From a virus (taxonomy: Duplodnaviria > Heunggongvirae > Uroviricota > Caudoviricetes), in the IMG/VR virus record IMGVR_UViG_2541047846_000004: DNA of 5,629 nt. The stretch is one strand, 5' to 3'. This document shows, piece after piece, positions 1 through 5,629 of the stretch. The first letter of the stretch is position 1. Each line of letters starts with the position of its first letter. The translations under genes and the position numbers were made by a program. The notes under the pieces were generated by a model. It did not search any database and had not been told where the DNA came from. It worked only from the letters and a program-made list of their open reading frames with translations.

Positions 1-2929
<2,929 letters not shown>

Positions 2930-2947
2930 ATTTTATAACCCAGATAC

Positions 2948-2976
2948 GGGCGCCAGAAATGGCGCCTTTTTTATTT
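2948..2976 (+). terminator. Putative rho-independent terminator hairpin between J and stf
   Basis: GGCGCC (2949..2954) and GGCGCC (2961..2966) are self-complementary and form a 6-bp GC stem (a possible G-U pair extends it to 7) around the 6-nt loop AGAAAT. The stem is followed immediately by TTTTTTATTT (2967..2976). It sits 19 nt after the J stop codon. Confidence 0.6.
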
Positions 2977-2981
2977 GTGGA
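2977..2981 (+). promoter_or_regulatory. Shine-Dalgarno sequence for the stf-like gene
   Basis: GGAG lies within GTGGAGTGAATATG, 6 nt upstream of ATG 2988. Confidence 0.5.
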
Positions 2982-2987
2982 GTGAAT

Positions 2988-5048
2988 ATGGCAGTACAGA
3001 TTTCAGGCGTGCTGAAAGACGGTGCAGGAAAACCGATACAGAACTGCACCATTCAGCTCAAAGCAAAACGTAACAGCACCACGGTTGTGGTGAACACGGT
3101 GGCCTCAGAAAATCCGGATGAAGCCGGACGTTACAGCATGGATGTCGAGTATGGCCAGTACAGCGTTATCCTGCTGGTTGAAGGTTTTCCGCCTTCACAT
3201 GCCGGGGCCATCACCGTGTATGAGGATTCTAAGCCGGGGACATTGAATGATTTTCTGGGCGCTGCAACAGAAGATGATGTTCGTCCGGAGGCACTGTATC
3301 GTTTTGAAAAGATGGTGGAAGAGGTGGCACGCAACGCTGAAGCCGCCTCTCAGAGCGCAGCGGCAGCAAAGAAATCAGAAACAGCAGCGGCATCGTCCAG
3401 GAATGCGGCGAAAACATCAGAGACGAATGCAGGTAACAGCGCGAAAGCGGCAGCTTCTTCAAAAACAGCCGCACAAAACGCAGCAACAGCGGCAGAACGT
3501 TCAGAGACAAATGCCCGTGCGTCAGAAGAAGCCTCCGCAGACAGTGAAGAGGCTTCCCGCCGTAATGCAGAGTCAGCCGCTGAAAATGCCGGAGTCGCCA
3601 CCACAAAAGCGCGGGAGGCCGCAGCAGACGCAACAAAGGCCGGGCAGAAAAAGGATGAGGCTCTGTCGGCAGCGACACGGGCTGAAAAGGCGGCAGACCG
3701 CGCAGAAGTCGCAGCGGAAGTGACTGCAGAGCCCTATGCGAATATAGTGCCGCCGCTGCCTGATGTGTGGATACCGTTTAACGATTCACTGGATATGATT
3801 GCGGGTTTTTCTCCGGGCTATAAAAAAATAGCTATTGGTGACGATGTGGTTCAGGTCGCCAGTGATAAACAGGTTAATTTCAGTCGCGCATCAACGGCAA
3901 CATATATCAACAAATCTGGCGAACTGAAAACGGCGGAAATTAATGAGCCGCGATTTGAGTGTGATGGCCTGCTTATTGAGGGACAAAGAACGAACTACAT
4001 GCTCAATTCGGAAAGTCCAGCCAGCTGGGGGAAGTCATCAAACATGGATGTGCCCGAAACCGGGACAGATAGTTTTGGTTTTACTTATGGAAAGTTTGTC
4101 TGCAACGATTCTCTGGTTGGGCAAACTTCGGCTATTAATATGGCATCAATTGCTGCAACAAAGTCAGTTGATGTCTCAGGCGATAACAAGTACGTGACAA
4201 CCTCATGCCGTTTTAAAACAGAACGACAGGTAAGGTTACGTATACGGTTTGATAAGTATGATGGTAGTGCAACAACTTTTCTTGGCGATGCGTACATTGA
4301 TACGCAAACGCTTGAAATTAATATGACAGGTGGGGCTGCCGGCAGAATTACGGCACGAGTCAGGAAGGATAAGACCACAGGCTGGATTTTTGCAGAGGCA
4401 ACGATTCAGGCAATTGATGGTGAGTTAAAAATAGGCTCTCAGATACAGTATTCTCCTGAGCGGGGTGGGGCAACAGTATCTGGTGACTATATTTATCTTG
4501 CCACCCCACAAGTAGAGAATGGGCCGTGTGTATCATCATTTATTATTTCAGGAGGCAGCGCAACGACAAGAGCCAGTGATTTGGTTAGTATCCCCACCAG
4601 AAATAATCTTTATAAGTTACCATTTACTTTTTTACTTGAGATTCATAAAAACTGGGATATTGCACCAAACGCCGCACCCCGCGTGTGGGATATAGCAGCA
4701 GCCAATACCGGGCAATCAGCAATTGCAGCAATCAACAGAGGTAGTGGTAAGTTATATATGAGTCTGTCAAACCCTTCAGGCTTGTATGTTAATAGCGCAG
4801 CGACAGATGTATTTGCAGAGAAAACCACATTTGGATGTATTGCAAAAGCTGATGGTCACTTTCATGTGGTGACAAATGGTAAAGCGGTTAATGAAGTTTA
4901 TTGTGAATATAATGGTGTGACCGCTGATAAAAATATCCGATTTGGAGGGCAGACGAATACTGGAGAACGACATCTGTTTGGCCATATTCGCAATTTCCGC
5001 ATATGGCATAAAGAATTAAATGACAGGCAATTAAAAGAGGTCGTATGA
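2988..5048 (+). CDS. stf: Side tail fibre protein (Stf-like): lambda-Stf-type N-terminal attachment domain, Ala/Ser-rich stalk, divergent C-terminal lectin-like (LamG-type) receptor-binding domain
   Basis: The N-terminus MAVQISGVLKDGAGKPIQNCTIQLKAKRNSTTVVVNT.ASENPDEAGRYSMDVEYGQYSVILLVEGFPPSHAGAITVYEDSKPGTLNDFL is near-identical to my recollection of lambda Stf (MAVKISGVLKDG...). The ORF track starts at GTG 2982, but ATG 2988 matches the homologue start and has a GGAG Shine-Dalgarno. The C-terminal end (...NIRFGGQTNTGERHLFGHIRNFRIWHKELNDRQLKEV) resembles the terminal strand motif of concanavalin-A-like / LamG jelly-roll domains. Stop is TGA 5046..5048. Confidence 0.85.
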   Translation: MAVQISGVLKDGAGKPIQNCTIQLKAKRNSTTVVVNTVASENPDEAGRYSMDVEYGQYSVILLVEGFPPSHAGAITVYEDSKPGTLNDFLGAATEDDVRPEALYRFEKMVEEVARNAEAASQSAAAAKKSETAAASSRNAAKTSETNAGNSAKAAASSKTAAQNAATAAERSETNARASEEASADSEEASRRNAESAAENAGVATTKAREAAADATKAGQKKDEALSAATRAEKAADRAEVAAEVTAEPYANIVPPLPDVWIPFNDSLDMIAGFSPGYKKIAIGDDVVQVASDKQVNFSRASTATYINKSGELKTAEINEPRFECDGLLIEGQRTNYMLNSESPASWGKSSNMDVPETGTDSFGFTYGKFVCNDSLVGQTSAINMASIAATKSVDVSGDNKYVTTSCRFKTERQVRLRIRFDKYDGSATTFLGDAYIDTQTLEINMTGGAAGRITARVRKDKTTGWIFAEATIQAIDGELKIGSQIQYSPERGGATVSGDYIYLATPQVENGPCVSSFIISGGSATTRASDLVSIPTRNNLYKLPFTFLLEIHKNWDIAPNAAPRVWDIAAANTGQSAIAAINRGSGKLYMSLSNPSGLYVNSAATDVFAEKTTFGCIAKADGHFHVVTNGKAVNEVYCEYNGVTADKNIRFGGQTNTGERHLFGHIRNFRIWHKELNDRQLKEVV
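3340..3720 (+). repeat. Low-complexity Ala/Ser/Thr/Glu-rich repeat region encoding the fibre stalk (coiled-coil-like)
   Basis: The protein segment ASQSAAAAKKSETAAASSRNAAKTSETNAGNSAKAAASSKTAAQNAATAAERSETNARASEEAS... contains recurring SETNA / AAKxSE motifs. The DNA is GCN-codon rich and produces spurious long ORFs in other frames and on the minus strand (3247..3723 +, 3229..3678 -, 3350..3604 -). Confidence 0.6.
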
Positions 5049-5323
5049 AAGATTTAACTTTGAAGTTTCATGACAAACTGCAGTTTAAGGCCTTCCTGTC
5101 ATCTCTTGACTGGGAGGAGGATGAAGACCTCCAGAATAAACTGTTAGTCGATGAAATTGGTTTCACCTACACAGAAACAGGGGTAACAGAAGAGGGAGAA
5201 CCTGTCTGTGTCCGGAATGACGGTTATTTTGTCAACATTCGCATTCTTGATGACTTGTTTGATGTTTCTGTATTCTCTGATTATGTCGTGGAGCTGGAAA
5301 CACCGCTTCGGGAATGGAGCTGA
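5045..5323 (+). CDS. Hypothetical small acidic protein (92 aa), translationally coupled to stf; function unknown (candidate fibre-associated accessory or chaperone)
   Basis: Its ATG 5045..5047 overlaps the stf stop TGA 5046..5048 (ATGA overlap), and GAGG 5037..5040 precedes it. The product is strongly acidic (D/E-rich: ...DWEEDEDLQNKLLVDEIGFTYTETGVTEEGEP...). It shares the AT-rich composition of the stf C-terminal domain. I do not recognise the family. Confidence 0.6.
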   Translation: MKDLTLKFHDKLQFKAFLSSLDWEEDEDLQNKLLVDEIGFTYTETGVTEEGEPVCVRNDGYFVNIRILDDLFDVSVFSDYVVELETPLREWS

Positions 5324-5330
5324 AAGGAGG
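5324..5330 (+). promoter_or_regulatory. Strong Shine-Dalgarno sequence (AAGGAGG) for the downstream membrane-protein ORF
   Basis: AAGGAGG at 5324..5330, 5 nt upstream of ATG 5336. Confidence 0.7.
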
Positions 5331-5335
5331 AAATA

Positions 5336-5629
5336 ATGGATATAAGCCCCTTACTTCATGCGCTTTGTGCTGTGGCTGCGCAGATACTGGTTGGTCTTTT
5401 TACCGGAAACTGGGCTTACGGAGCGATAGCCGGTTGTACGTTCTTCATTGCGCGTGAACATACCCAGGCAGAATATCGCTGGATTGAAATGTTCGGGCAT
5501 GGCAAGCGAATGAATATGCCGTGGTGGGGCGGTTTTGATCCGCGAGCTTGGGATGTGGCAAGCCTGATGGATTTTGCTGTGCCGGTGGTGGCGTGTCTGC
5601 TGGTCTGGCTGTTGGTTAATCGTGGGTGA
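5336..5629 (+). CDS. Hypothetical small membrane protein (97 aa, 2-3 predicted transmembrane helices); function unknown
   Basis: ATG 5336 follows a canonical AAGGAGG Shine-Dalgarno, and the ORF ends at TGA 5627..5629, the window edge. Hydrophobic segments are LLHALCAVAAQILVGLFTGNWAYGAIAGCTFFIA and VASLMDFAVPVVACLLVWLLV, with a Trp/Gly/Pro-rich loop (MPWWGGFDPRAW) between them. GC content looks host-like, unlike the preceding AT-rich block. Confidence 0.6.
   Translation: MDISPLLHALCAVAAQILVGLFTGNWAYGAIAGCTFFIAREHTQAEYRWIEMFGHGKRMNMPWWGGFDPRAWDVASLMDFAVPVVACLLVWLLVNRG

Noticed and set aside
3131-3334. Minus-strand ORF of 67 aa inside the stf N-terminal region
   Set aside because: It is short and antisense to the conserved stf N-terminal coding region, with no ribosome-binding site.
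3229-3678. Minus-strand ORFs 3229..3678 and 3350..3604 (Leu/Pro-rich and Ala-rich)
   Set aside because: They are antisense shadows of the same low-complexity repeat region of stf.
3247-3723. Plus-strand ORF of 158 aa, highly basic and Gln/Arg-rich
   Set aside because: It is an alternative frame through the Ala/Ser-rich low-complexity part of stf, where GCN-rich DNA gives stop-free frames by chance. It is nested entirely inside stf.
3943-5009. Small ORFs inside the stf C-terminal domain (3943..4197 +, 4085..4378 -, 4643..4828 -, 4776..5009 -)
   Set aside because: All are nested in or antisense to the continuous stf reading frame. AT-rich coding DNA readily gives short ORFs of this kind.

Overview
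This window is the distal tail region of a lambda-like (lambdoid) phage or prophage, all genes on the + strand. It holds the 3' two-thirds of the tail-tip host-specificity gene J, a short intergenic hairpin terminator, a side tail fibre gene (stf-like), and two small translationally coupled ORFs. The most striking feature is a perfect head-to-tail 724-bp tandem duplication inside J (440..1163 and 1164..1887) whose copies differ at only three positions, all synonymous. Because 724 is not a multiple of 3, the junction creates an in-frame TAG (1162..1164) and splits J into two overlapping ORFs. The side tail fibre is a mosaic: a lambda-Stf-like N-terminal domain, an Ala/Ser-rich low-complexity stalk, and an AT-rich C-terminal domain with a lectin-like (LamG-type) terminal motif. 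The AT-rich block continues through a 92-aa acidic ORF, which is followed by a 97-aa predicted membrane protein of host-like composition. No RNA genes, CRISPR arrays, transposases or integrases are visible. Family assignments rest on my recall of lambda J and Stf protein sequences, not on a database search.
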